64,000 nt of DNA from Chrysomallon squamiferum. Lineage: Eukaryota > Animalia > Mollusca. Shown here one piece after another: positions 1-13,229 of this stretch (its first letter is position 1; each line of letters starts with the position of its first letter). Under the pieces are notes generated by a model. That model did not search any database, was not told the DNA's origin, and saw only the letters and a list, made by a program, of their open reading frames with translations. The position numbers were made by a program, and so were the translations under genes. Where the stretch lies: contig CM022665.1 in the NCBI GenBank assembly GCA_012295275.1, positions 25,978,001-26,042,000 on the forward strand. Reading direction: 5' to 3'.

Positions 1-971
1 AAATAACAACACCATAAAAAAAATCGTTATTGTGATTTTATTTCACTAAACATTATAAACTACGTAAAAATCTTCATTTTTCTGAAATATTAATTCAATA
101 ATTATAATAATGACCATTTTCATTTAAAGACAATTTTAGCATTGTAAGTATGAATATTACAACATACATATTTGGTGAAAATTGTAGTTTGACATTTTCA
201 TTACATGTCAGTAATTCTGAAATCACAAATTAAGACCAAATATTGTTTTTCATTTACTGATAAATTCAGGTAGCTGACATAATTTTATATAAAAAAATAA
301 TGTAAGATGAAATATTCAACTGCTTATAAATAAAACAAAAAATTTATAAATAAAATGAAAAAGACTGCCACTGTATAATATAAAAATACGAAATTAATTA
401 GAGAACAACAGTTACAATTTATACATCTGCCACATAGTTTAATTTATATAATTTACCATCTTCATCACAACGAATTCATCATTTAAATCAATGACTGTAT
501 AATTTGGTGTCATGTGATTTTTGTCAAGAGTCTGGGTCAAGGTCAGTTTCAAAGATCTTTGTTTACAACATTTGTTGGTAAACAAGATAGGAAGATTTAG
601 AATTTTTTTCTTGTTGTTTTAACAAAACAGAAGAATAAAATATTTATCTGTTAATTTACAGAGTGATAAAGAAAGATTCATTTACTGTTTTCATGTCTTG
701 AAAAAGATTCTTTTACTGTTATCATTTATTTTAGATACGTGATGTATATTTTTTGGTTGCTATTGCTTTTATTCTTGAGTTAACTTGACAATTATCATCA
801 TCATCATTATTATCACTGTAATTATAATCATTATCATTATTACACTTTGTGTTATCATTGTTTTTGTGTTATGCAAGTAGATATATATATGTTTTATTTG
901 ATATTTATTTAAATGGCATTCACAGATAATGAATTGAGTTAAAAATACAGAAGTAAATTTTTAGAATATTA

Positions 972-1004
<33 letters not shown>

Positions 1005-1699
1005 TTCTATTCTATTCTGTTCTATATATATATTTTTTTTCATCTTTGAAAGTAATTTGCACAGAAAGCTTTCATAGATATGATTTATACCTTCTAACCT
1101 ATGTTCAGCATAAAAAAAAAATTATTTGTAATAGATTTATCAATCAATAGCTAGTTATCATATAATCAGATATTCTTGTACTAAACTATTCCTTAAAATC
1201 AACTAACAGTGTTTCTTTTTTTTTTGCTTATTTCTATTTATTTTCAATTTTTTTATTATTATTAAAAAATAAAATAAAATAAAATAAACAATAATTTAAA
1301 GAAAAAAATGCATAAACATTTTTTTACATATATTTAGTCAATAAAAACGAAACTAATAGTTTTTTTTTTTTTTTTTTTTCTCAAAACAAAATACTGATAA
1401 GGGTAATTATGGTTTGATGATAAGACATCATAACTTTTCTAGCATCACAAAAACATAATTAATATCTTCTTTTTTTTCTAATTGTGCTTTTCTGATCATA
1501 AAAAGTTATGGTATCTTATATTCAGTAAAAAAAAACCAACAACTAACCAATCAATTAAAACATAACAAATAGAAAAACTCAACCATAAACAATGAAAGAA
1601 TTATAAGGAATTAAAGTATCTTAGCAATACTGAATTCTGTTTTTATACATCCATTGCATCCATTAATATAAGAACACACATATATTATAATTTATTATA

Positions 1700-2232
1700 G
1701 CCCTTCTTTCTCTCTTTTTCACCATGTGTCTGTCTACCTTTTTCTCTTTCTGTTCTTGTTTCTCATGGTTAATCTCTCTCTCTCTCGTGTCTATCCCTCT
1801 CTTTCGGTTCTTTCTTTTAATTTATCCTCTTTCTGTTCTTTATCCAACATTTTATTCTCTTTTTCATCTCTTTCTGTCTCTGTTTCTATCCCATTCTTTT
1901 TCTTTTTTAAATTATCCCTCTATTTTTTTTTTTTCTATTCTTTCTCTCTTAGTTTATTCTTCTCTTTCTCTCTGTCCTTTTCTCTCTTTTCTTTCGTTTG
2001 TCCTTCTCTTTCTGTTATTTCTCTATTCTTTTTTCTTTCTCTCCTCCGTCTCTCTTTCTGTCTATCTCTTTCTCTTAGTTTGTTCCTTTATTTCTGTTCT
2101 TTCTCAGTTCTTTTTCTCTTTTTTTCTTTCTATTCTCTCTCATTTCTCTCAACCTTCTGTCTTTATCATAACATCTGAAAAGAAATTCTAATTGAAGTTT
2201 TGCCAATTATTACTTTTTTTCTCTCCTTCTAG
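1700..2232. repeat. Polypyrimidine (CT-rich) low-complexity tract
   Basis: Mostly T/C for about 500 bp; the source of the spurious F/L/S-rich ORFs. Confidence 0.9.
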
Positions 2233-3448
2233 GTTTCAGACCAAAATCAATGAATAAAAGGCTGAGAATTGAAGAGAAGTAACCCCAAGCTCAAGTGTCT
2301 TGGCAAACACTGCGAGTTCAAACGGGATATTGAAATGTCTTCAGTTAGAAGACAAACAGCTACATGTTCAGGTTTGTAACAGAGATTTATGGCACCTCAG
2401 ATCAGATTCAATCAAAACAAACTTGTGTAAGTAACTATGTCCTTTTTCCCTTTTCATTCCCGACAAAATAGACCAAACCTCCCAAAATCCCAGTTCTTCC
2501 ATTTTCATGAGATTTATTTCCTGCCTCTTGAAGTCGTATAGACAAAATGCAATCAAAATGGCAAATGTCAAGTAGTTAGGAATGTGAATTGAATTATAAT
2601 TTACATATTTACTGCTCCGCCCTAGTTAGCATTCTCCATTTCTTTATCATTACAAGCTGTTCCATAAAAATGTAGAGGTTCAAATCTCAAATGTAAAGCA
2701 GTGAGATAAGAATGCAAAATTTGATGTCAGTTCATATTAATTTTATCTTTCTTGATTTTCTCTTCAAACCAAACTCTGAGGAGCTACTCAAACACAGAGT
2801 AGCCAAAACAATGGAAGAAATTTATTTTCAGCATATATATTCAAAATTTGTTTTTTTTTTTTATTTATTTGCTTTTATTTATTTATTTCTGTTTATTTGT
2901 TTAATCAATTTTTATACTTGTTTATTTATGTAGTTATTTATTTTTCTTCTTTATTTATTTAGTTATATTTGTTTATATATTTTTTTTAATATATATTTTT
3001 TTCTTTATTTTTTTTACTTTCGTCAGATTATAGTGAATACATAAAAGAGAAAACCTATGACAGGCAGCCAATAAACCAATCATGATAGACTTTACAAGAA
3101 AAATCTCTGCAGGTGTATTGATATGGACTGATCCTGGAACCTCTAGCTCTTCAGGCAAGTGTCATATCACTGAGAACAGTCCACTCCTTGAACTCATAAC
3201 TTATTTTAACAAAACAGTCTTCACAACAACACAAAAATCACAAATCAATATATCATAATTTTATCACATAATCGATATATCAGATATTATCATCCAGTTG
3301 ATAAATACAGCTTGGTGCACTTTGGGTCAATAGCAAAGTAATAAAACTGTAAGAAGGTGCATTTCAAACCATCCAAAAAACACTGATTATATATTTTATT
3401 TTTAAAAAAAAGCTCTCAGGTAATAAAGATTTAGATGAAATATATATA

Positions 3449-3717
3449 CAGGTTGAGAATCTTTTATCTGAAATGCTTGGGTCTAGAAATGTTTTGGGTT
3501 TCAGAATGTTTCAGAGTTTAGAATATAAGGAGATAGTAAATTCCATTTATATTACATTTACAGCTTATACAAATAGTATGCATTGTTTTTTTTTATATAA
3601 TGTTTTTAATCACTTTGTGCATAAAGTAAAGTTTGTATGAAGAACAATCAGAAAAGTGTAAGATATCACACGTTCTGCTGCTCAGAAAAGGTTTTGGAAT
3701 TTGGGATCCTTTACCTG
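3449..3717. mobile_element. Non-autonomous pogo/Tigger DNA transposon (Tigger4/Zombi/MER46-like MITE), 269 bp
   Basis: TA|CAGGTTGAGAATC...GGATCCTTTACCTG|TA: TA target-site duplication and imperfect CAGGT-starting TIRs. The 5' end (CAGGTTGAGAATCTTTTATCTGAAATGCTTGGGTCTAGAAATGTTTTGG) resembles the Tigger4 end as I recall it (CAGGTTGAGTATCCCTTATCCGAAATGCTTGGGACCAGAAGTGTTTCGG). Confidence 0.8.
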
Positions 3718-4682
3718 TATATATAGATTATATTTTCTTCTCTTTTTTTCTTTCACACCTCATCTCTCTTTCTCCTATTTTTTACTTTCTCTTAGTTTGT
3801 AATTCCCTTTTAATTTTTCTCTATTTTTTTCTCTCTCACCATTCAACCAACAACAAATGCAAAACAAAACGGGAAATTATTTTATATCTGTGTAATGCAT
3901 AATATTTCCAGTTGACTGCACACAGAAAATAAACTCCTGTTATAAACAATCCATACCCACTGAATAAAAGAGTCAATTTGCTTGCAATGATTATGAAAAT
4001 AAATTATGATGTCATCAAGTACAAATAATTTAACCCTGCACGTGACATGTTCCTGTTTTCTAGAATCATTAACAATAACGTCTGCAAAATTCTCTGTGTT
4101 TGTGAATTCACTTGAAAAGATAAATTTCTTCACACAGGAAACTGTATTAGACAAAGGAAGTAAATAGAAATAAGTTCCTGGGATTGTAAGCTACAAAATT
4201 CATTAGTTATGTAATATCTCCATCATCCGACTTGTTAACAAAATATGTTGTTGTTCAAAAAATTACTTTGTTAAATTTAAAGATAATTACTCTTAATGAT
4301 TATAATGTAAAACTCAGCTGTATTTCTGTAGATTATATAAATATAAAATTGTTAATCATAATATTTTGTTTTTTGTTTTGTCTCATGTTAAGAAAGAGAA
4401 ACCCTCAACTCTATAAGTCCTGTGGTTTTTAGTTACAAAATTCCTTAATTATATATTATACCAAAAGATATTTATTATTTGTAAAACAAAACTGGTTAAG
4501 TTGTTAAATTTAAGGTTTAATGATTATAATGCAGTATAAGATAAACCTGAGCTATAAGCCTGTGGATTCAGATTACATACATCAAGTTGTGAGGATGTTT
4601 TCAGAATGAATGATAAAATAAAATAGGGTAATCTTGTTCTAGATGAAGCAATGGCATTCCATTTAAATTACAGGAAATGTCA

Positions 4683-4795
4683 GAAGAAAGAAATGTTTTA
4701 TTTAACAGCACATTCAGTATTTCTTTAATTAACAAATATGCAGCATTATACATGTGATTAAGAACCATGCAGATAATGAAAGAAGAAACCAGGTA
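4683..4795 (-). mobile_element. 3' tail fragment of the same SINE family
   Basis: GAAAGAAATGTTTTATTTAACAGCAC...TTAAGAACCATGCAGATAATGAAAGAAGAAAC. Its end is complementary to GTTTCTTCTTTCATTATCT at the end of the 23.4-kb copy. Confidence 0.55.
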
Positions 4796-5367
4796 TGTTA
4801 TTGAGTGACTAGGACACATTTGAATGTGCGTAGTCAACCAGCATGTTAAACTTTCAAGTGCCAATATTAAGAATGAAAGTAAACATTTTTGAAAGTAAGA
4901 ACAAATTAGTGCATGCTACGTTTTTAATCTAGCTACTAAAATATTATTAATTCTTTTCTACATTAATTATTCCATTTTCTATTATTAGCTCCAGTAATTG
5001 ATTTTTTTTTATTATTGTTCTTTTTTCTTGATTTTTTTGTAAATATGACTCGGTTAATTAGGCTTAATTTCTTATTCTTTTTTTTCTAAATATTGATCTG
5101 TTAATTAACTTTAAAAAAATGTTGTTGTTTTTTTCATTTGTTTTATTTGCTGTAGATATCAATTTTTAGTCTCTCTCATTACAAGAATGACCCACATTTC
5201 ATCTGTATTCATCATAAATGATAACGTTTGTCATATAAACGCAAAAAAAATAAATGAATAAATACAAATTTGCTTAACGATGTTGGAACACAACTTTATA
5301 TTAACAATTAATAATATAAGGTGGTAATCTTAATTTCTTCTTTTTTTTTACCCTAATGAATTTACAA

Positions 5368-5550
5368 ATGAGGAAACCAACTTCTGCAGTTATGTGTGTT
5401 ATTCTTTACACATCACCACCAGCAAGGGATCTTTTACATGCACTTTTCCACAGACAGAATATTACATATGAAAACTTTTGAAAAATGATCTTGGAATGAG
5501 ACAGGAAGAGGAAATAGCTCAGTAAGGTTATGTAGAAGGATTGATCCAGC
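5368..5550 (-). mobile_element. Degenerate SINE fragment (Meta/MESC-domain-like mollusc SINE)
   Basis: Contains CAGCAAGGGATCTTTTACATGCACTTTTCCACAGACAGAAT and ends GAAATAGCTCAGT...GGATTGATCC. It is reverse-complement similar to the copy at 23.2-23.4 kb. The family name is from recall. Confidence 0.65.
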
Positions 5551-6339
5551 AAGAAAATTACGGGAACACTAACACACACCAATACTGGCCAACAACAATA
5601 TGCTCACCAAAAAAAAAAAAAAAAAAAAAAAAAACGATCTGCAAGCATCATGGAAATGATAACGGAACAGTTTCACCAAGTAACCCCACACCTGCTGGCA
5701 ATTTGGAATAATCCAGAAAATAATTAACAAAAATTAGATTATTTTCTTCAGAAAGTGTGTTAAACTAGGCTTAGCAAAAACTGTCTGTGGCTTTTTACAC
5801 ATGTGAAATAAGTCTTTCTTTTATATAACAGTGGTGTTAAACAGGCATGTAATTTCTTGTGTGTTGGGAAATGTGAACATTTATAACAAAGGTCAGGCTT
5901 GTTTGTAATATGTTCACCTCAGTTTGATTATGTTGAATGAGTGAGAAAATATACTGTGAGATGTATATTGGGAAGTGATAATACATATGATGATGGTGAT
6001 GATAGTGATGATGATGATGATGATGATGATTATGATAACAAACAAAATATGGAATAATGATGATGATTGTGATAATAATGAGAATAATAATAAAAAATAT
6101 TTATAAGAAAATGTATTTATTTAGTTTTAATATTAACTTTAAAAAACCCCAATTCAGTTGAACTTTTAAATAACAAACCTTTAGACAACAACTACTTTAA
6201 TTAATTACACCAAAGAATCTATTTTTATTGTAATCATTTTAGATATAAATATGTAACAGATGAAATATTTATTCAAATGAAATTGCAGGTTCATAAACAC
6301 TACTAAAATTCAGTGTATTCTGCCAAAATGTCTGTTCTC

Positions 6340-8590
6340 TTTCAGTATCTCTACTCTGTCACGCTCTGTACTCTCTCAGTCTGTACTCTGCCACAGTGTA
6401 ATGTATGTACTTTGTCACTATGGCTGTACTCTGCCACAATGTAATGTATGTACTCTGCCACAGTGTAATGTATGTACTTTGTCACTGTCTGTACTCTGTC
6501 ACAATATAATGTCTGTACTTTGTCACTATGACTGTACTCTGCCACAATGTAATGTCTGTGCTATGCCACAGTGTAATGTCTGTACTTTGTCACTATGACT
6601 GTACTCTGCCACAATGTAATGTCTGTGCTATGCCACAGTGTAATGTCTGTACTTTGTCACTGTTTGTACACTGACACAGTTTAATTTCTGTACTTTGTCA
6701 CTGTCTGTACTCTGCCACAATGTAATGTATGTACTTTGTCACTATGACTGTACTCTACTACCACAATGTAATGTCTGTACTCTGTCACAATGTAATGTCT
6801 GTACTCTGCCACAGTGTAATGTCTGTACTCTGCCACAGTGTAATGTATGTACTTTGTCACTATGACTGTACTCTGCCACAGTGCAATGTCTGTGCTATGC
6901 CACAGTGTAATGTATGTACTTTGTCACTGTCTGTACTCTGCCATAGTGTAATGTATGTACTTTGCCACTATGACTGTACTCAGCCACAGTGCAATGTCTG
7001 TGCTATGCCACAGTGTAATGTTTGTACTTTGTCACTATGTTTGTACACTGACACAATTTAATTTCTGTACTTTGTCACTGTCTGTACTCTGCCACAGTGT
7101 AATGTATGTACTTTGTCACTATGACTGTACTCTACTACCACAATGTAATGTCTGTACTCTGCCACAGTGTAATGTATGTACTTTGTCACTATGACTGTAC
7201 TCTGCCACAATGTAATGTCTGTACTCTGCCACAATGTAATGTATGTACTTTGTCACTGTCTGTACTCTGTCACAATATAATGTCTGTACTTTGTCACTAT
7301 GACTGTACTCTGCCACAATGTAATGTCTGTGCTATGCCACAGTGTAATGTCTGTACTCTGCCACAATGTAATGTCTGTGCTATGCCACAGTGTAATATCT
7401 GTACTTTGTCACTATGACTGTACTCTGCCACAATGTAATGTCTGTGCTATGCCACAGTGTAATGTCTGTACTTTGTCACTATGACTGTACTCTGCCACAA
7501 TGTAATGTCTGTGCTATGCCACAGTGTAATGTCTGTACTTTGTCACTATGTTTGTACACTGACACAGTTTAATTTCTGTACTTTGTCACTGTCTGTACTC
7601 TGCCACAATGTAATGTATGTACTTTGTCACTATGACTGTACTCTACTACCACAATGTAATGTCTGTACTCTGTCACAATGTAATGTCTGTACTCTGCCAC
7701 AGTGTAATGTCTGTACTCTGCCACAGTGTAATGTATGTACTTTGTCACTATGACTGTACTCTGCCACAGTGCAATGTTTGTGCTATGCCACAGTGTAATG
7801 TCTGTACTTTGTCACTATGACTGTACTCTGCCACAATGTAATGTCTGTGCTATGCCACAGTGTAATGTCTGTACTTTGTCACTATGTTTGTACACTGACA
7901 CAGTTTAATTTCTGTACTTTGTCACTGTCTGTACTCTGCCACAATGTAATGTATGTACTTTGTCACTATGACTGTACTCTACTACCACAATGTAATGTCT
8001 GTACTCTGCCACAGTGTAATGTCTGTACTCTGCCACAGTGTAATGTATGTACTTTGTCACTATGACTGTACTCTGCCACAGTGCAATGTCTGTGCTATGC
8101 CACAGTGTAATGTATGTACTTTGTCACTGTCTGTACTCTGCCATAGTGTAATGTATGTACTTTGTCACTATGACTGTACTCAGCCACAGTGCAATGTCTG
8201 TGCTATGCCACAGTGTAATGTTTGTACTTTGCCACTGTTTGTACACTGACACAATTTAATTTCTGTACTTTGTCACTGTCTGTACTCTGCCACAGTGTAA
8301 TGTATGTACTTTGTCACTATGACTGTACTCTACTACCACAATGTAATGTCTGTGCTCTGTCACAATGTAATGTCTGTACTCTGCCACAATGTAGTGTCTG
8401 TATTTTGCCACAGTGTAATGTCTGTACACTACCACAAAGTAATTTCTGTACTTTGTCGTTGTCTGGACTCTGCCACAATGTAATGTCTGTACTTTGACAC
8501 AATGTTATTTTTATACTCTGACACTATGTCTGTACTCTGTCACACTGCAATTTCTGTTACTATGTCTGTACTCTGCTTATGATGGTTGTA
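6340..8590. repeat. ~2.2-kb satellite/minisatellite of 19-27-bp related monomers with higher-order structure
   Basis: Monomers such as TGTAATGTCTGTACTCTGCCACAG (24 bp), TGTAATGTATGTACTTTGTCAC and TATGACTGTACTCTGCCACAA. The centre is homogeneous and the edges are degenerate. Confidence 0.97.
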
Positions 8591-9175
8591 CTCTGTTATG
8601 ATATCTGTAATCTTTTTTCACACTTCCAGACACCAAACTAAAGCACAAAGAGATTCAGACAAAGACACCGGTGATCGAAGATGAGACCAGGTGTCACACT
8701 GCATTAACAGTACATACATGATGGTCAATGGAACGCCTAGTGTGTTTTCTCTGTGTGTTAATAATATGACAAATATGGCAAATGCATTAACAAAACCCCC
8801 AGGGATTCTCAGACAATGTATGATAAGAGTCAGAACAATAAATAGTCCATAAAGTAAAGGCTTTTTGACAAGACCCCCTGGTAAGAATAACATGCAGTAA
8901 GATAAACTAAAAACAATGTAATATAAATATCTGGAAAATAAACAGGTATGTCTAGACAATGAAACTGTTCGTTTCTTAGTTCAATGATATACAGTTTAAA
9001 TGTTCCCAGTTTTCATACCCTCAGTGACAGACTATAAATAATTTACTGGATTTATTATTCAAAAATGTAATAATAATAATAAAAGTAGAAGCAGTAGTAG
9101 TAATAACAGTAGTAACAGTTGTAGTTATTGTTGTCATAGTTAGTAGTAGTAGTAGCTGGCATACAGTAGTAATGG

Positions 9176-9566
9176 TTCCCCACTTGGACAATTCCCCACT
9201 CTCAATTTTTTACAAGTGTCAGTGGCAAGAATCAACCTGTAATAATAATAATAATAGTAATAGTGGTAGTAGTAATAGTAATAATAACAGCAGCAGCAGC
9301 ACCACCACCACCACCACCAACACCAACAACAACAATAATAATAATCATTATGATGATAATGATTATGAAGACAATGATGATGGTAGATTTAATAACATGT
9401 ATATAATTGCTTGTGTGTGTTTTGTGTGTGTGTGTTTATGTGTGTTTGTGTTTCTATGTGTATGTGTTTGTATATATATGTGTGTGTGTGTGAGTTTGTG
9501 TGTGTGTGCGTGCATGTGTGAAGTGGGGAATTGTCTTAGTGGGGAATTGTCCAGTGTGGAATTGTC
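9176..9566. mobile_element. Element with inverted, tandemly repeated subterminal 15-16-mers enclosing simple repeats (MITE/foldback-like remnant)
   Basis: TGGACAATTCCCCACT (9185-9200) is the exact reverse complement of AGTGGGGAATTGTCCA (9538-9553). The motif occurs about 1.5 times on the left and 3 times on the right. Confidence 0.55.
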
Positions 9567-10904
9567 TGTTTACAAGTAGGGTTCCAAGTCAATTGACCCA
9601 GTACTAGTAGTAATGGTAGCAAGAACAAAAAGAAAATAAAGAAGAAAAAAAAAAGATAAAGAAAAGAAAAAGCCCAGAAATTTGTGTTTCAGAACGTTTT
9701 TGTATTTTGAATAGTGTTGATATTTATATGATTATATTTGTTTAATTTTCTACTTGAAATACCTAGCATAATTGTGTTTTAAACTGAATTAAACCCCAGA
9801 AAAAAATACTGTCTTTTGCACACAAGAGAGAGAAAAAAAAAAAAAAAAACCCACAAATTACACCAACTAAAAAAATCCACTGAACTCTGCTTTACCTTAA
9901 AGTAGATGGCTGCAGTTTTGATTACAGTTTTGTGAAGAAGATGTACAGGTCATGTATTTAGAAAGGTTAATGACAAAAACAGCCAGTGCAGTCACAGATC
10001 ATTCAGTGCAGAGAGCATGCTGACATTGGCTGCCAAAGTTATTACAAAAAAAGCAACAAAAAAAACTGGGCCATCATGGATGTGGATCATGCTGTCAAGA
10101 TGAAGTCATGTAGACAAAATGTATCAAAAATGGCAAAAATCAGGAATTATAAATTGCATTTAATGGCTCAGTGTAGGCAAACAAACACCACACTGTGGTA
10201 TCTGGTGCGAACAAAACAGATGTCACTTGTTCTGTTTTAATATAATTACTCAGTTACAGATAAATTATTGACATCCACAGCCACATCTACCAGTTAACAA
10301 AAGAGAAGTTAATGGGTTTGCATATGTATGTATGTATGGAACCATGTTTTGTAATATTTTTTATGAATACTGATTGAGAACTGGGTTTTGATGTGGCCTT
10401 GAGTGTTGTTTTTGACAAATATTGAAAGCACCAGGTTTTGCGTGTTTATGTTTATGGCACCTGGTCTTAATGTAGATGAATGTGGAACCTAGCCTTAAAA
10501 TATATGTATCAGGCACCTCTTCATAATGTAGATGTATATGGTAATGTTGTTTTTTTTGTTTTGTTATTGTTGTTTTTTGAGGGAAGTGAAATATATAAAT
10601 ACATAATATTTCAGTAGGTTTTCTGAAAGGACATGTGTTTGGCACCAAAATGTGCTGTTTCAGTCGTTTCACATGATCACTAATTTACAAATGAATTAGA
10701 TATCTAGATATCAATAAATCCAATGTTAATAATTCATATCATAAACTTTATTCCAGTCATATTAAATTATAAATTATAGATCAGTTTACAATACAAACAA
10801 CAAAGTTTCGGTATCAATAAAATATTTTAAAATAATTTTGTTTGATTAATAAAGAGAATGTTTAATATTTAATTTTTTTTTTTTTTTTTGGTTTGTTTAT
10901 ATAA

Positions 10905-11585
10905 TAAAGAAATGGGTTTTCTGACAACAATAAATAATAGGTTTCAAAACAATTGTAATCAGTGAAATTTATAACAGTTATAATCTATGGGTTTTGTCAC
11001 ACAAAGTGTAAACAATGGGTTTTAAAACAATCAAAAAGTAAGAGATTTTTAAACAGCTATAATCAGTGGGTTTTATAGCAAACTAAACAGTGGCTTTGAA
11101 ACAGCTAAATAATAAGATACAACAAATATGAGATTTCAAAATAACTTTAAATAACTTTTATAGCAACTGTAATCAGTGTGTTTTGTAACAAATATAATTA
11201 AAAGGTTGTGTTTATTTTTTGGGGTGAGGGGATTGCTGATTGTTTTTTTTAATCATTTTTTATATAAAAGTCACAACTATAAACATAAGGTATTAAAACA
11301 TCTTTAATGGCTGGATTTTATGACAAACATAATCAACAGGTTTTTTAACAAGTGATAAATGCAAACAATGGGGTTAATAACCACTAAAATCATTGGGTTT
11401 CAAAACAAAATGTTTTAATACAACCAGAAACAATAAATTCTGTAACAAATATAATCAATGAGTTTTAAAACAAATATAAAAAAAGAGTTTTAAAACAAAT
11501 ATAAACAAAGGTTTTTTTAACACAACTATAATGTAAGGGCCTTAAAACAAATGTAAACTAAAGATTTTAAATTAATCTATAACTA
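10905..11585. repeat. Old degenerate ~30-bp minisatellite
   Basis: Recurrent AACAA.TATAATCAATGGGTTTT-like units. Confidence 0.7.
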
Positions 11586-11935
11586 TACAGGAAGGCTTTC
11601 ATTGTTGCTAGGTGCAAACTATGAAATATTTATCCATGATGCTGTGCAAAATTAATTTGTTAAATCTGACAGCTCTGTGATTAGAAAAGTGATTGGCAAT
11701 TCCATAGACTGCCCATATCACTCTGACTGAAAGAGGCTTCCAGAGCATACAACAAGGCTCTGGCTGTTTGCCTTGCTTGGTTGAGACCACAGTGAAAGAA
11801 AAGTATTTGCACAGTTCTTGTGACAAGTAGACCAATATGTGATAATGTTAACACTGTAAGAAGTGTTCTCAGAATGTGTGCCATGACAGGCATGCGTGTA
11901 CAGTTATCCATGGCCTATAAAGTATTTAGCTATAT

Positions 11936-11983
<48 letters not shown>

Positions 11984-13229
11984 TGTGTATGTATGTATGT
12001 ACATTCTTTGCATTTCTTTTCATTTTGTCATTTTTTTTAAAAACAATTATTATTATTTTTCATTTTATTTATTCATTTACTTTACATTCTTAAGTTTCAT
12101 TTCTTTTTCTTCTTTTTCTCCATTACTCTGAAAAGGCCAGTCAGTTATAACTGGGTCAACATTTTGTACACAGAACACAACTTTAAATTTAAAACATTAA
12201 ATGTAAAGACTTAACTTCTGATCAAACACAAACAAACTGGACAATTAGCAATTATGAAAGCACTGACGGGTCTGAACTCGTTCTCAAGATTTAAGTTTTA
12301 GGATTTGTTTAACTTCCCCACTGTTCAGGCTAAGTGCACGTCCCAGTACCAAGCCCAATTTGACCAAGTTTGTTTTTGGTAATTTGTTAATTATACTGTT
12401 CTCTGGAGTGATAAACCCCATAAACTTTATATTAATGGCAAGAGCCTCAGTGACACTGAAATGCACCAGGCTGACAGAATTGATCAAAAAAAAAAAAAAA
12501 CATAGTAGAGATCCTATCAGAAATTGAACATTGCAATGGAAACAAATGCTTATACTTGTTTTATTCGAATACATTTCAGAAAAAACACAAAAAACACAAC
12601 AACAAAAAACACACCAGTAGATCCTGTTATCTAAAGGTAAAAATTAAAACTGTATCATACTGGACCAGATTTTGTTCAAAGATTAGAACTAACACTTCAG
12701 TTGCTATTTCTGTCACTACAGCTATTAACACTATTACTGATACCACTACTACAACAGCAAAAAACTACTAGTTCTACTATTACTACTACTACTGCTACTA
12801 CTACCACTAGTGTCACTATTACTACTATTTATTAATATTAATGCTATTAATACTACTATTTCTGCTATCAAAACAACTGCCACTTCTACTACTACCCTAC
12901 TACAACCTTCATTACCATTAATATTACTACTGCAGTTAATGTTACTACAACTACTGCTACTATTACTACTACTATCACACTAAAACTCAAATAGGATAAT
13001 TGCTAGTCTTTAAAAAAAAAAAAACATCTGTTAGTTATCATGTATTTTTTGTTAAATTGTTTCAGACATGCATTTCTCAAAATCTTGTTTGATTGCCAAA
13101 GACAGTGTTTGAAGAATCACTTCAGTGTTCTTACACCTCATCAATTAGTATTGGGTTGGAGCCAAATACCAAGGTTTGATCCCACTATATTCCACACATA
13201 GAGACCTCTGATGCTAAAGGACAGCACCA

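Noticed and set aside
456-493. Minus-strand AG...GT-bounded 38-nt segment as the next RGS exon
   Set aside because: It translates to VIDLNDEFVVMKM, lacking the conserved DEP Trp, and its length does not fit the expected ~51-nt exon.
1724-2191. Hydrophobic 150-155-aa membrane-protein-like ORFs
   Set aside because: Artefact of the polypyrimidine tract, open in two frames at once.
6351-8502. Cys/His-rich repetitive ORFs (metallothionein- or zinc-finger-like appearance) and a CRISPR-like look
   Set aside because: These are translations of the satellite in several frames with frequent stops; the monomers are contiguous, with no unique spacers and no cas genes.
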